Under the pieces are notes generated by a model. The model did no database searches, was not told the origin of the DNA, and was given only the letters and a program-made list of their open reading frames with translations. 48,336 nucleotides of DNA from assembly GCF_000315625.1 (NCBI RefSeq), contig NW_005434488.1, forward strand, positions 43,827 to 92,162, written 5' to 3'. The number at the start of each line of letters is the position of its first letter. Position 1 is the stretch's first letter. This DNA is from Guillardia theta CCMP2712 (lineage: Eukaryota; Protista; Cryptophyta). The position numbers and the translations under genes are program-made. Shown here in pieces: positions 23,676 to 35,659 of this stretch.

Positions 23676-26600
23676 TCAAGCAAACCCAGCGTACTGCACA
23701 GGCCTCGACCGGGCTGCCTCCGATGCGGCAGCGTCCTGACCAGCAGCACCAGTAGCACCAGTAGCAGCAGCTGCTGGCCCTCCTGGGACAACTGGAAGGC
23801 CCGTGGGGATGATAGGAGCTTGTAGGAGGGGCACCCCGTGCTCGTTCCTCAGCTCAGCTGGAGGTGGAGCTGGAGTGGACTCGGAAGAGTAAGCCAGCTG
23901 GACTGATCCTTTGACGGGCTCGATGACCAACGGCTCCTCCTGCTTCTTCTCCTTCAGCACGTAGGAGGCGATCGAAAGGAGGAGCACGAAACCGCAGAAA
24001 CCTCCGACGACGCCTCCTATGATTGCTCCTCTGTTAAGCTTGTTCCCCTCTGGAGTCGTGGAGGAGGAGGCAACCGTAGCCTGGACGGTCTGGGCGGCAG
24101 AGGCATAGACGGAGAAGGAGGAAGTGAGGGCGAACACAAGCTTGTCTCCTGGCGCTGCCGGTGGCTTGCTGGTGTCGATAGCGATCTCTTCCCACAACTT
24201 GCTGGTGGGGTTGAAGCGGAGGGCCGCAAACTTGCGATTTCCCATGTCCGTGCTGGGGTCAACGGGGAGGGAGATGCTGACTGGCTTCGAAAACTTGACG
24301 CCCTCCGGCCCAAAGTTGACAGCTGGGCCGAGGATGGAGAGGGAGTCCTGCTGCTTGTAGCTGGACGGCAGCTGGAAGATCTGCATGGAAGGACCCTCCT
24401 TGAGGTCTGCTGGCCAGGCGCCGGCAGGGATGGTGAGGGAGAGATAGCTGAAGGCGCCGGGGAGAGTGAAAGTCGTGTCTGCTGTCGCGCTAATGAAGTT
24501 GAGTTAGCAAGCGGAGGAGGAGAGGAGGAGAGGAGGAGAGGAGGAGAGGAGGAGAGTAAGCAGAAGCGAGGAGGGGGGAGAAAGGAGAGAAAGCAGGAGA
24601 AAGGAGAACGGGGAAGGGGAGGAGGAGAGGAGGAGAGGAAAGGAGGGAGAAGAAAACGGAGCACGAAGAGGGGGAGGGAGGGAGGGAGGGAGGGAGGGAG
24701 GGAGGGAGGGAGGGAGCAAGGAGTGTCACCTGGGAACAGAGAACTTCTTGTAAGCGAGGACAGTCACTTGCCCAAAGACAGGCAGCTCGAGGAGGCTCAG
24801 GTTCGAATTGACCAGCTCGTACCCAGCTCGACATTGCAGGTTGACTGACTTGCCGTACGGGGCCACTGGCAAGGAGCTCCAGTAAGCGTCGGCAGCGACG
24901 TCGATGGTGGTCAGGTCGATCGTTGTGGGAGCGCTGCAGGTGACAGGCAGGCAGGTCTGAGCTGGACTCCACCTGCAGTCCTGCTGGCAGGTGACAGCTC
25001 TAGAGCCCGTCGAGCTGGGGTCCCATGCGTACCCCTCCAGGCACTTGAGGGAGAGCTGGGTCTTGTAGTCTCCTACCCGGTCGTCCTCTGCGTACGGCAT
25101 CCTCTGCCAGTTCGACTCCAGCTGGTTTACTGTGTCGCAAAACTTGGGGCAGCGGACGGGGACACAGGTGGCGATCTGGCTGAACGTCCCGTCCAGCTGG
25201 CAGGTGGAGGTGAAAGTTTGCGCGCAGTTGCTGCCCTGGACCTGGTACCCGTCCATGCACCTCCCGGTGAAGGTGTCGCCGTACCGGTGCTGCATGCTCG
25301 CGTTGCTGCTGCCGACGGCCACCGTCCTCGCATCGGCGGGGTAAGAGCCGCACATGATGGGCTTGCAGAGGGGTCCGTCCTCCCACTGGCATGCCAGCTT
25401 GCTGACGTCAGCTCGCCCGCACCTCCTTGTGAAGGAGACGTTGCTGGGGCTGCCGTCGAGTCCGTATCCTCTCTTGCACTTGAGATCGAAGCACGTCTCC
25501 CCGTAGGCGGCAAGGCGGGAAGAGGAGGAGTCCTCCACCACATTGGGGTCAACCTCCAGGTACCTCGGGCATTGAGCAAGGCGGCACTGGGCCCCGTCCT
25601 GTCTGTCAAACGTCTTGTCAGCCTGGCAGATGGTCGAAAAGCTCTTGTCGCATGTTTGCCGGTAGGTGAAGGAAGCGATGTACCCTGCTGCGCAGGTGAC
25701 CTGCACGCTGCTTGCGAAGACTGCAGAGGATGGCGAGGCTTGCAGTACGTTGGTGGCACGGGTGAGGTTGAAGGAGCAGGAGACTGGGGAGCAGGAGGGA
25801 GGAGGGGAAAGGAGGCAGTCGTTGCCGCAAACAGCCTTGCCAGCCTCCTGCCCGGTAGGGCAAGGGAGGACGAAGTTGTTCCCCACAGCCAACCTGTGCT
25901 CGACAAGCTGGTAATCAGTGACGTGGCAGAGCTTGGGAACACAACGTTGGACGTTCTGCCATAGCCCTGAGGACCCGCAGGTGACGTTGAAGGAGCTGGC
26001 GCAGGCGCCGGGGCCGTCCAACAAGCTCTCAGGCATGTAGCCATCCTTGCAAGTGATGGTTGCGACCTGTCCGCAGGAGAAGATGGAGGAGTTGAGAGGA
26101 GGAGAGGACGAAAGGCTGTTGGCTGGAAGAGCAAGCGGGCGGCACTGGACTGGAAGACAAGGGGAGGAGGAGAGGATCCGGATGTTGCAGCGAGCCTGAT
26201 TTGTATCTCCTCCTCCTCTGTCCGTGCGGAACTCAGTCACAGAGGAGCAAGCTTCCTCGTACGACTGCGGGGCTGTAGGAGGGCACAGACCTTGCTCGTC
26301 GTCGCACCTGGTGTAGATGGTAGAGTTATCTCCTGAGTACCTCATACACTGACTACACTGCACAAGGCAAGCCTGCCTCACGCACGTGCGCGTCCTGACG
26401 TCTGCCGTCTGAACATGCGGGGAGAGAGAGACTATGGTGCCGTCGTCCTGGCAGCGCACCTGAAACATGTACTGGCATGCTTGCACGTTGCTGTTGTCGA
26501 GACGGTAGAAGTCTTGACAAGTCAACGTCAACGTGTCTCCGAAGAGGAGAGTGGTGGTGGAGCCGTTGCTGAGGGAGAAGGAAGATCCGTTGTAGGACTC

Positions 26601-27333
26601 GAGAAGACCTGAGAACGTTGACTTGATCTGAGGAGGTAAAGGTGAGTTCGGTGAAGACATCGGCTGATGTTGAGGTGGAAGTGATGATCAGAGTGATGAT
26701 GATGAGACAAGACATGTGATGGATGTTGATGAAGTCAACCATGACGCCATCGCTATCATTGTTCTCCTCCTCCTCCTCCTCCTCCTCCTCCTCGTTCAAC
26801 CAACTCCTCTCCTTCATTTTCATGACTATCATCTTTGTTTCCTCCCTCCCTCCTTCCTTCCCTCCCCTTTTCACCCTCGCTCGCTAGCTCGCTCGCAACC
26901 TTTCTCCTCTGCCCCTTCTTCCTTCCTCTCTACTCCTCACACTGAAACAACATCAGCTTTCTTCACCTGAAAGTTTCCGCACGTGATTCTTCTGCATTGA
27001 GGCTTCGTAGGCGTGCAAGTGGTCGGGTTGCAAATGGCGTTGGAGGATCGAGCTATGGAAGCAGAAGGAGCGTCTGTTGTTGAGATGCGATAACCTGGAG
27101 GAAAGTTCTTCAGCAGAAAGAAAGAGACACTGAACAAGAGATGGGGGGGAGAAGTACAAGCTTGAGAAGGAGATGTCGTGAAAGGAGATATTGAGACATG
27201 GGAAAAAGAGTTTGATTGTGACAGAAATATGTAAATCTACTAGGGGTGAAGAATCAGGAATGTCGTGCGAAAACAAAGATAGTTCAAGACATCATCAAGT
27301 ACTCTTCCTCGTCCTCTTCCTCATCATCACCAT

Positions 27334-27378
<45 letters not shown>

Positions 27379-29475
27379 TATGACGAGATCACAATCTTTC
27401 CAACAGAACAACAGATCATCAAGATCACAAAGGAGTCAAGTTACCAGTGGGGCACGTCACGGTGATTGGAGAAACGGCAGAGAAGCTCGTGGAGTTAGAA
27501 TCTGATACTTGTTGCGGGTCTGGATTGAAGGTGATGGCATTTCCGTGTATCTCCGCAAGAGAGTCTGTTGTGTTGTACTTGTCAAAACCAGGACAGCCCG
27601 TCAACTTGCACGTAGTCTGGAAAGTGCAGTCGGTACAAGTGTCTGTGTACGAAGACGACGACAAGTTGCAGACAGCGTAAGGGCGCGTAGAGGAGATTGG
27701 GACAGCGGCAAATCCAGACTTACATGTCACTTGTACTGTCTGCAAGTATGACAAACTCGTGGAGGGAACGATGGAAAGAGCATTTTGATCGACCTTTGCA
27801 GAGCAATCGCGCTGGCAGCTGCCTTGACAGCCCTTGATGACACATCGCATATCAGCGGGCATGGTAAGAACACCGCAGGTACAAGATATGGTGCGGGAGG
27901 ATACGCAGTTTGAGTTCTGATAGATGTAGTTGTTGGAACAATTCAACGTGACTGACGAGGATTGGCCCATGGTGAAAGTCTGCTGAGTGTTGACAATCAT
28001 GTTGTTAGCCGGGAGCTGCACTGAACAACTTGACGCCTGGCACTGTGACAACGAGGTAGCGCAGCCCTTGCTGCAAGTGACAGAGATCGAGGTACTGCAG
28101 CTCGCCTGCCGGTCAGCGTAGCCAGCGGAGCAGTTGACAGACAAAGTCTGTCCGTCGGCGATAGAGGAGGGAGCGACGATGTTCGTGAGCTGCGAAAAAT
28201 CTGTGCATGCGATGGGACAGCCGTTGTTGCAGACCTTGGCGATGCAGGAAGGAGGAAAGGATGTGTAGTTACCATCAGCAGCCTTGCTATACTCAATGTT
28301 GCCAAGACGACAGCGCTTGTAATAGACAGTCTGACATGTTGTTGTTCCTTCAACCACCTTGCCATCGGCGCAAGGAACAGTCTCTACCACACCCGGAGCT
28401 CTGTCAACACAGCTCCGCTCCTTGCAGTAGACTTCTTCAGCATTGCAATCTGCCTGACATCTCACTACCCTGGTGATCACTGCATCGTGTGCAGAGTACA
28501 GAGCAGAGCCGTTGGTTGTAATGCCGTAGCCAGTGTTGCAAGTGATGGTAGATACTTGGTCGTAGCTCAAGAGACTCTTGGAGGAAACGCCGTTTGCGAC
28601 CTCCGGCACGACACACTGAACAGGAAGACATTTCAGGATTCGGCTCCATTCGCAAGGCGAGTAGGAGGAAGGAGTCTGGACGGTTCCTTTGCCGCACGTT
28701 GCGATATAGGAGGAAGCGTTGGAGCAGGTTGACGTCTGATCCGCCAGCAAGCCAGCTCTGAAGCCAATATTGCAGGTAACGTTCACGTCCTGCGCAAATA
28801 TCGGAGGAGTTGAAGGGGAGACAGTTGCTGTATTCTGATCCAAAGACCTCAACGTGTTGACGGAGCAAGTGGCGTTATAGCAAACGGGAAGGTTCGACTC
28901 GACGCTGAAGCTGGCAGGGTTCCCGGCAACATTGCAGAAGAGCTCTTTGGTGTAGTGACACTGATTGTCAAGAATCAGTCCATTGTTACATGTCATGATC
29001 GTTGAGTCGAGGTAGTACACCACCGACTTGTTCAGCACGCTGTTGGTCACAGCCGGCAACCTGCACTCGTTGGGGAAGCATCCCCCGTACATGGGCGTGA
29101 GCTCGCAAGTCCAGGAGCACATGCGGGAGTTGTAAGGGCTGGCGATGGACGGGAGGAAGGAAGAGTTGTGGGTAACGTTCCAGTGGTAACCGTCCTTGCA
29201 GCTGATCTTCACCTGCTCCTCGTACGACAGATCCCTTGTCAGGTCGACGACTCCAGCGATGGCAGGAGGGGAGACGGGAACGCATGTGGACTTGGAGTTG
29301 TCGCATGCGAGGGAAGAGTCGGTGGGAGGATACCCTTTGCACTTGATAGGGATGCACGAAATCTGTGAGTTGGAGAAGGAGCCGTCTGCCAAGCACTCCC
29401 GGAAGAAGGATACCTGCAATGCATTCAGATGCTGAGGATGATGAAGGAAGCATGTGAGCGAACGAGTGAATGTGT

Positions 29476-29530
<55 letters not shown>

Positions 29531-30341
29531 GGAGAGGGGTGAGGGAGGGAGGGGAGAGGAGGGAGGAAGAAAGAGGTGAGGGGAAGAGGGAAGAGGGGCC
29601 GGAGGAGCGTGCGAAGAGGGTACAGGGAATGGGCGAGAAGACAGAGGAGTGATCGCGATGGCGATGGCGATGGCGATGGCGATGGCGATGAAGACAGTGA
29701 TGAGAGAAATGTTGTGAATGGTGCAAAAAAGATATGAAAAGACCACAGAGACCATCACAGAATAGATGAACTAAGAAGAGAACATGAAAGCAACATTCTG
29801 TTTGCTGTCATACCTGACATTTCTCGTTGAATTGGTGTGCGGAATCACTCCGCATGTAGAACTGATTGCAGGAAACTCGGATGTATTCTTGATACTCCAC
29901 AAACTTGACGCCATTCGACGTCCTCTGATGAACGCTTGTTATCTCCGCATTCGCCATGTTCGGGATAGTACAAGTGATAGGAACGCAAGTTTTGTGTGCC
30001 TCGAACCCGCAGCTGTCAAGGCATCTTGGCGTCTCGCTCCCAGTGGCACTCAGCTTGTATCCCTGGTTGCACTTGATCGTGATCGTCTCTCCTACCAGCA
30101 CATAGTCGCTCCTCGGCAAGACTGCCATCCCATTCTGAACCGCCGGGAACTCCCGGCAGGCTTTCATGGAGCAGCTGTTGAAACCAAGGTCGGTTCCGTC
30201 AGCCTCGACGAAGGAAGAAGCCTCTCCGCAGTACAGGGTGGCGTTAGGAGCATGGCAGAGCTGAGCTGCGGCATGTAGTGGGGAGGAGGCGAGGAGGAGG
30301 AGGAGGAGGAGGAGGGGAACGGTTCTCGACCTTCCTGCCAT
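23676..30341 (-). CDS. Type I membrane protein with many Sushi/CCP modules, a ZU5-like juxtamembrane domain, TM and cytosolic tail (1778 aa)
   Basis: Exons 30341-29814, 29413-27445, 27094-26967, 26627-24730 and 24489-23676 have GT-AG ends and compatible phases, totalling 5337 nt. Signal peptide MAGRSRTVPLLLLLLLLASSPLHAAA. Repeated C-x-x-G-[YF]...C...C-x-P-x-x-C modules. LTIPAGAW...LGPAVNFGPEGVKFSKPVSISLP...LTSSFSVYA. TM GAIIGGVVGGFCGFVLLLSIASYVL followed by KEKK. Confidence 0.9.
27337..27377 (+). repeat. (CAG)n intronic microsatellite
   Basis: Seen directly. Confidence 0.9.
29479..29690 (+). repeat. (AG)n and (GATGGC)n intronic microsatellites
   Basis: Seen directly in intron 1 of the Sushi gene. 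Confidence 0.9.
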
Positions 30342-30369
30342 CCCGGAGTAGAGGAAATCGTACAGCAGG

Positions 30370-31185
30370 GGATAGGTAGGGTAGGGTGAAAATGAGGGGG
30401 GTGGGGGGTATCCAGTGTCACAAAGAGGGGGTCCTTCACGGACTGCACTTGGAAGGAAACAATGTCGTTGTGGGTGGGTTGCGTATCGAAGGGGGTAGGG
30501 TTGTATTGCTCGACGCAAAACACCCCTTCATCTAAAGGAAAATGTAGGATTTAGGTGGGTGGTGGTTATACAGGGCATACTGGGGGTGGTCCTCTCGACT
30601 GAGTAGTATCAGCACTCGGCGGGTCCGAGTGAAATTGTTGCTAGGGGGTAGGGGTACCATGAATGCAGGGGTACTTGTGTGATTTAGGCGGGTGGTCGTA
30701 ACCCGGCGGGTCAAATCAGTCCAGGGGGAAGGGTACCCCCTAGACATTAATTAGGGGTACTTTATACTACAAAATTGGGGGTACTATTCCAGCTTCGGCT
30801 GAGTAGTACCCCTGATATGGACAATGACACATGCTGTACTGTAAGGTCAAGAGGTCAAGGGGGTAGTCCTGAAAGTTCATTCTGTACAAAGGGGGTGGGT
30901 CATTTTGAGAATTTTGTAGGAAGGGGTACTTTCTGATTTAGTAGCTCTACCACCCCGTGTAACCGTCGTTGAATGAATACGATGTAGTAGGTAGGGTTCA
31001 TCATGATCAGCGAAGAATTGTATCAAAGGGTAGGTGCCGAATGTAGCTTACAGATAGGTGGGGTGGGATTAATGAAGTGGGGGTGGGTGTAATGGAATTT
31101 TTTCTAGCGGGGGTGGGTAGTCTGGCACGGAATGTCCTGCCTGCAGTACTAGTGACTCCAGCTTGAAGGACGGGTACGAGGGGGA
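30370..31185. promoter_or_regulatory. Dense GGGGTAC/GGGTGGG cluster upstream of the Sushi gene
   Basis: Many ggggtac, gggggtag, gggtgggt and gtacccc words over ~800 bp between divergent genes. Confidence 0.5.
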
Positions 31186-31955
31186 TGAGGGCAATACGGT
31201 TTCAACAAGTCCGCCTCAGATCGAGGTATGGGAGGACGCAATGTTGGTAAGTGAGATGGAGGGATAGAGGGAGGGAGAGGAGGGAGCGAGGGAGCGAGGG
31301 AGGATATGATTCAATGGGGAGAACGAGGGTCAGAAGCAGAGTGGATCAGGAAGCGAATGCGAGTCAAGGCAGTGTGAACAGAGGGGAGGCCCTCGCTCCT
31401 GTACCATTCTGGCCGGCATTCAGCCTTGACAACCAAAGAGACAGATATGTTGAGATCGCTTCAGGGGCATGTGTAGACGCAGAATTATGACGTCAATGGC
31501 ACCATGTAGCATTTATTATCATGATTGCTCCTTACGAGAGCAGATCAAAACGAGAAAGACGCATATGAATGTATGAAGCAAGAAGAGACCATGGCTATGT
31601 GTCAAACTTCTTGTAGTCAACAAGCAAGTTGGTTCGTTGGGTCTAAAACATAGTCTGTTTGCTTGCAGCTGCTCATCTTGTCTGTTAGAGGGCTGAATTG
31701 ACCGAACAGGGGGGTGAGTGCTTCAGGCGGGATGTACATCCTCGGTGAAATATGCAAGTGATGGAGATTATTCCTTGTGTGAGAACGCGTGAGGACTGTG
31801 GATGCAGGATTATTCTATAGCAGCAGTAAGGCCGGGGTAGAGGCTCCTTTTCCGCTCCTCCTTCCCTCTTCCTTCTCCTTTTCTTCCTTTCCCCTCGTTC
31901 ATTTCCCCTTCCTCTTCTTTCTCATTCCCAATCCTCCTGTTTCCCTTTCCCTCCC

Positions 31956-33572
31956 ATGGGCCGCAAAAGGACCTGCAGCTCTTGGTTGCTGCTTCTCGCA
32001 ATCTTCTTGGTGCAAGCGTTTCCGTCTCACAACACCGTGTCGTCCAATATCACTCCTGCTCAGCGTCCTTCTGTGCGGCTCAGGGGGGGAGTGGTCATGG
32101 GACAGTATGGTGCGAGGAGGAGCAACGGCAAGGATGGCTGGAAGAGGGAGGAGTTCAGTCACAAGGGCTCCGGCACGTCAAGCAAGCTGTTCCCTCTTCT
32201 CATCACGGGGCTGGGGGAGACTTCTTCTGAGGACATCCAGGAGCTCTTTGCGGACTGTGGGAGGGTAGCGCTGGTCAAGAGAGCAGGAGCGAGCAAGGAG
32301 CGGGTGATCGTCTACTTCGAGTCTCGAGCCGCATTGTCGCTCGCCAACAACGTCAACGGGACGGAGCTTCAAGGAGTGAAGTTGAGGAGCTTCTCGCTGC
32401 CCCCTGTGGAACGCAGCTCCCTGCCGCAGGCGTTGAGCGATCATCGGGGACCGGAGGAGAGGGGATACCCGGTCGTCGTGAACGAAGTTCCCTTGTCGGT
32501 GCAGGAGAGTGAGATCATGGCATGCGCGAACAAGATCGGAGAGATTATCAAGGTCAAGCAGGACAAGAAGCAGATGTCTTCGGTAATCAGTCGACCGTCC
32601 CGCCTGTTGCCTGAGAGTTCCTGCAGTGGTGGGTGACTTTCAAAGAGAAGAAAGCAGCGCGAACAGCCTCCAAGCACGGGATGGGGTTTGGGTGAGGCCA
32701 TATAGGAGAGTTGGAAAAGGGGGGAGGATGCAGAGAAGGAAAGGAAGAGGGAGGAGGAGGAGGAGGAAGAGAAGGAGGAAGAGGAGGAGGAGGAGGAGGA
32801 GGAGGCTGACACGATGTTCAGCCCTACTCATTGCAAGGTTGTGAGAGTTCGACCGGAGGCAGGCAACAAGAATGTGCAGGCGAAGGAAAAGAAAGACAAG
32901 AAGACTGCGCTGGTCTGTTCTCTTGCGTTCGTTCGTTTGATTTTTGTGTTTGATTTTTGTGTTTGACGTTCGTGTTTGATTTTTGTGTTTGACGTTCTTG
33001 AAGATAAAGGGGATCCCAATGTTAGCTAAGAACGAAGAGATCATGGCGTTGTTTAAAGATTTCGGCAAGATCGAAACCTTGAGATTCATCACAACGCCTG
33101 ATCCCGACACAAACTTGAGAAGGTAAGAAATGTTGTTTCCTATCCAATCTCCCCTCAACCTTTCGGGATACTGATAGATCGATACAGAGCGTTCATATCG
33201 TTTGCTACCAAGACTGCACTGAAGAAAGCAAGGAAGGTTTGCTTTCCACAATTGCCATTTCGAAGAGTTTTTGACATGTGTATTATCTCTTCACTTGCAA
33301 TCAAGGCATCGCTATCATTACACGGATCAAAGATTGGAGGTGAGAGGAGAAGAGGAAAACTCTTGAATGACGCAACATGTCCAGTCTCTATCGCAAGGAA
33401 GTCCATCTTATCAGACGCCAAAGGAAATCGAAAGAAGAATGAGGGAAAACCGATCCCGATGGGTCTGTTGCTACTCGCACAAACAACCTCCTCCCTCTGA
33501 AATCAACAGGTTGCAACACAGTGATCGTAAAGAATCTTCCATATACCATCACAAGAGACAAGATCAGGTACT

Positions 33573-33659
<87 letters not shown>

Positions 33660-34257
33660 TCACAACATGCCTGACCCTGACTCAACAGGGCATTGTTCAC
33701 CCCATGCGGGCACGTGAAGGCGATTCGGCTCATCGGCAAGCTCGCAGCAGGTGCATCAAACGCCCGATCGGAGCGTTGCTCATACAGAACAACAGGAAAC
33801 AACACTCGGACCCCAACGTCAGGCCGAGAGGCTTTCAAGGGCATGGCGTACGTCGAGGTGAATGAGATCTTGCATAACAGAAAATCCCTCCTCATGTTCT
33901 GCAGTTTGATCTAGGACGTTCAAACAAGCTGAAGCTCGACAGAAATCTTGCGATGCGAAATTCAGTGCAGGCGGCTCTGCAGTTGGAAGGTACACAACCC
34001 TCGTGCTCTTTCTTCTCCACTCCTGCATCCTACATTCTGCTCCTGTCCTCTGTCCTACCACTCTACTGTACCCTCCCCTTCTCCTTCAAGGTTTGCTCCA
34101 ACCCACAACTCGTTGCTTCTCCTCTCAGTTCCATCAGCTGAAACATTCCCTCCTCCACCCTGTTTCACTCGCATGACTTGCAGGAACTGAACTCATGGGG
34201 AGAAAGATTCGCGTGGACTGGGCCCACGGCCCGAAAGCTCTTGATCGCACATTATGA
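31956..34257 (+). CDS. Multi-RRM (4 x RRM) RNA-binding protein with N-terminal signal peptide and RLRGG motif
   Basis: RRM1 LLITGLG...EDIQELFADCG...VIVYF...NGTELQG. RRM2 VVVNEVP...IGEIIKV|WWVTF. RRM3 IKGIP...EEIMALFKDFGKIETL...AFISF. RRM4 VIVKNLPYTIT...LFTPCGHVKAIRL...FKGMAYVE|F...AALQLEG|TELMGRKIRVDWA, stop at 34257. Confidence 0.85.
33576..33658 (+). repeat. (CA)n intronic microsatellite
   Basis: Seen directly. Confidence 0.95.
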
Positions 34258-35019
34258 CTTGATAGTACAAGACTTACCCCACCTCCTCCTCATGCTCCTT
34301 CCCCAGTCAGATACAGCCCGAAGGCCGCACGCGAGCTGTCACGAGAGGACAGCAGCACTGCATCGGGAAGATCATGCCCGGTTCGACTCCTCTGATCGCC
34401 CTCAAGCTGCCATGCTCGGTGCTCCTGGTTGGGACCGATCGGAGACATTTCGGCCAAGATTTCCAATTTATCAACAACGATTTCAAATCCTTTTCCGAAA
34501 TATCAAATCTCAACGAAATGCGACCGATCACGGACACCATCACATGACGTCGGGGCAGAGCCACGTGCGCATTTTTGAGTCCCGTGGTATGTGTGTTTGC
34601 ATGTTTTCTGTTCCAAAAAGGATATAGAGTCTCGGAAGTGGGAAAAAAGTTGATCTTATTTGAAAGCAGGGGTGATATATAGCCCAAAATGGGGATATTG
34701 AGGGGGTGGGGTTATTTGATTGGGTTTTCGGAGGACTTTCGAGGTTGGTGTAGCTCCTTGCCTGCGAGCTAGTTTCTGATAGGTAAAAAACTTCAGCCCC
34801 CATTTTCTCCCGGATAAGATGTGTAATAAAAATACAGAACGATGCGTTTTCACAACGTTGCGGCTCTCAAGGATCTCATTTTAAAATGAGGTGTTTTTAA
34901 TAGCGGCCCTGCCCCGAAGCGATCCGTTGTTGTGATAGATATAGTTCGAAAAGACTCACTTTCAACTTCAGAACACTTATGATCCAAAATTGCTGACAGT
35001 AACCCTGCATCCGAGCAAT

Positions 35020-35330
35020 GATGCCTGTTTACCAGTACCCCACAAATACAACACTACCCTCTTATTGTAATCACCCACCCATATTAAATACCCCGACTTC
35101 AATATTTGCACACATACATCAACGAACTTATATTTCATCCAATATGATCTGATACGGATATTCGAAACATTAACTACCCCTACCTACTATTTTAAAGTAC
35201 CCACCCTGTTGTAATAGTACCCAGAAGTCCACATGACCCCCAGTAGATTCAGGATGATTCGATGCAGCGAGGTACCCGTACTTTTCTTTTCCCATTCCTC
35301 CTACAAGATAGGGTGGGTACTTGATCTTTC
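35020..35330. promoter_or_regulatory. GTACCC/CACCC motif cluster upstream of 35660 gene
   Basis: cagtacccc, ctaccc, cacccaccc, gtacccaccc, ggtaccc, gggtgggtac. Confidence 0.4.
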
Positions 35331-35659
35331 GTCATACCATCCCGTATCCGTTCTCCGCTCATCCTCCCTCCCTCCCCTCTGCTCCCCCTCCCTCCCCCTC
35401 CCTCCCTCCCTCCCCCTCCCTCCCTCCCTCCTTCTCCCCTTCCCCTCCCCTCCTCCCCTCCTCCCTTCCTTTCATATCTCACGCTCCCTGACCCTTGTTT
35501 CCTCCAACTTGCTCTGTCTCCGCCTTCTTCTCTTCCAGCCACGACCTTCCATCCTCGCCCTTCCCTTCGCTCCTATCTTTGATTCTCCTTTGCCCTCAGC
35601 TGAAAGATCTTCAATACAAAACCTTCCTCAACACAGTCGTGTCCATTCGACATCTCTAG

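Noticed and set aside
23050-23739. Several overlapping 100-230 aa Arg/Pro/Gly-rich ORFs
   Set aside because: Stop-poor GC-rich island open in many frames on both strands; no domain or splice structure.
25127-26134. Long alternative-frame and antisense ORFs over the Sushi gene
   Set aside because: Expected shadows of GC3-rich coding sequence.
33388-33895. VCVC and THTH ORFs suggesting metal-binding proteins
   Set aside because: (CA)n microsatellite in an RRM gene intron.
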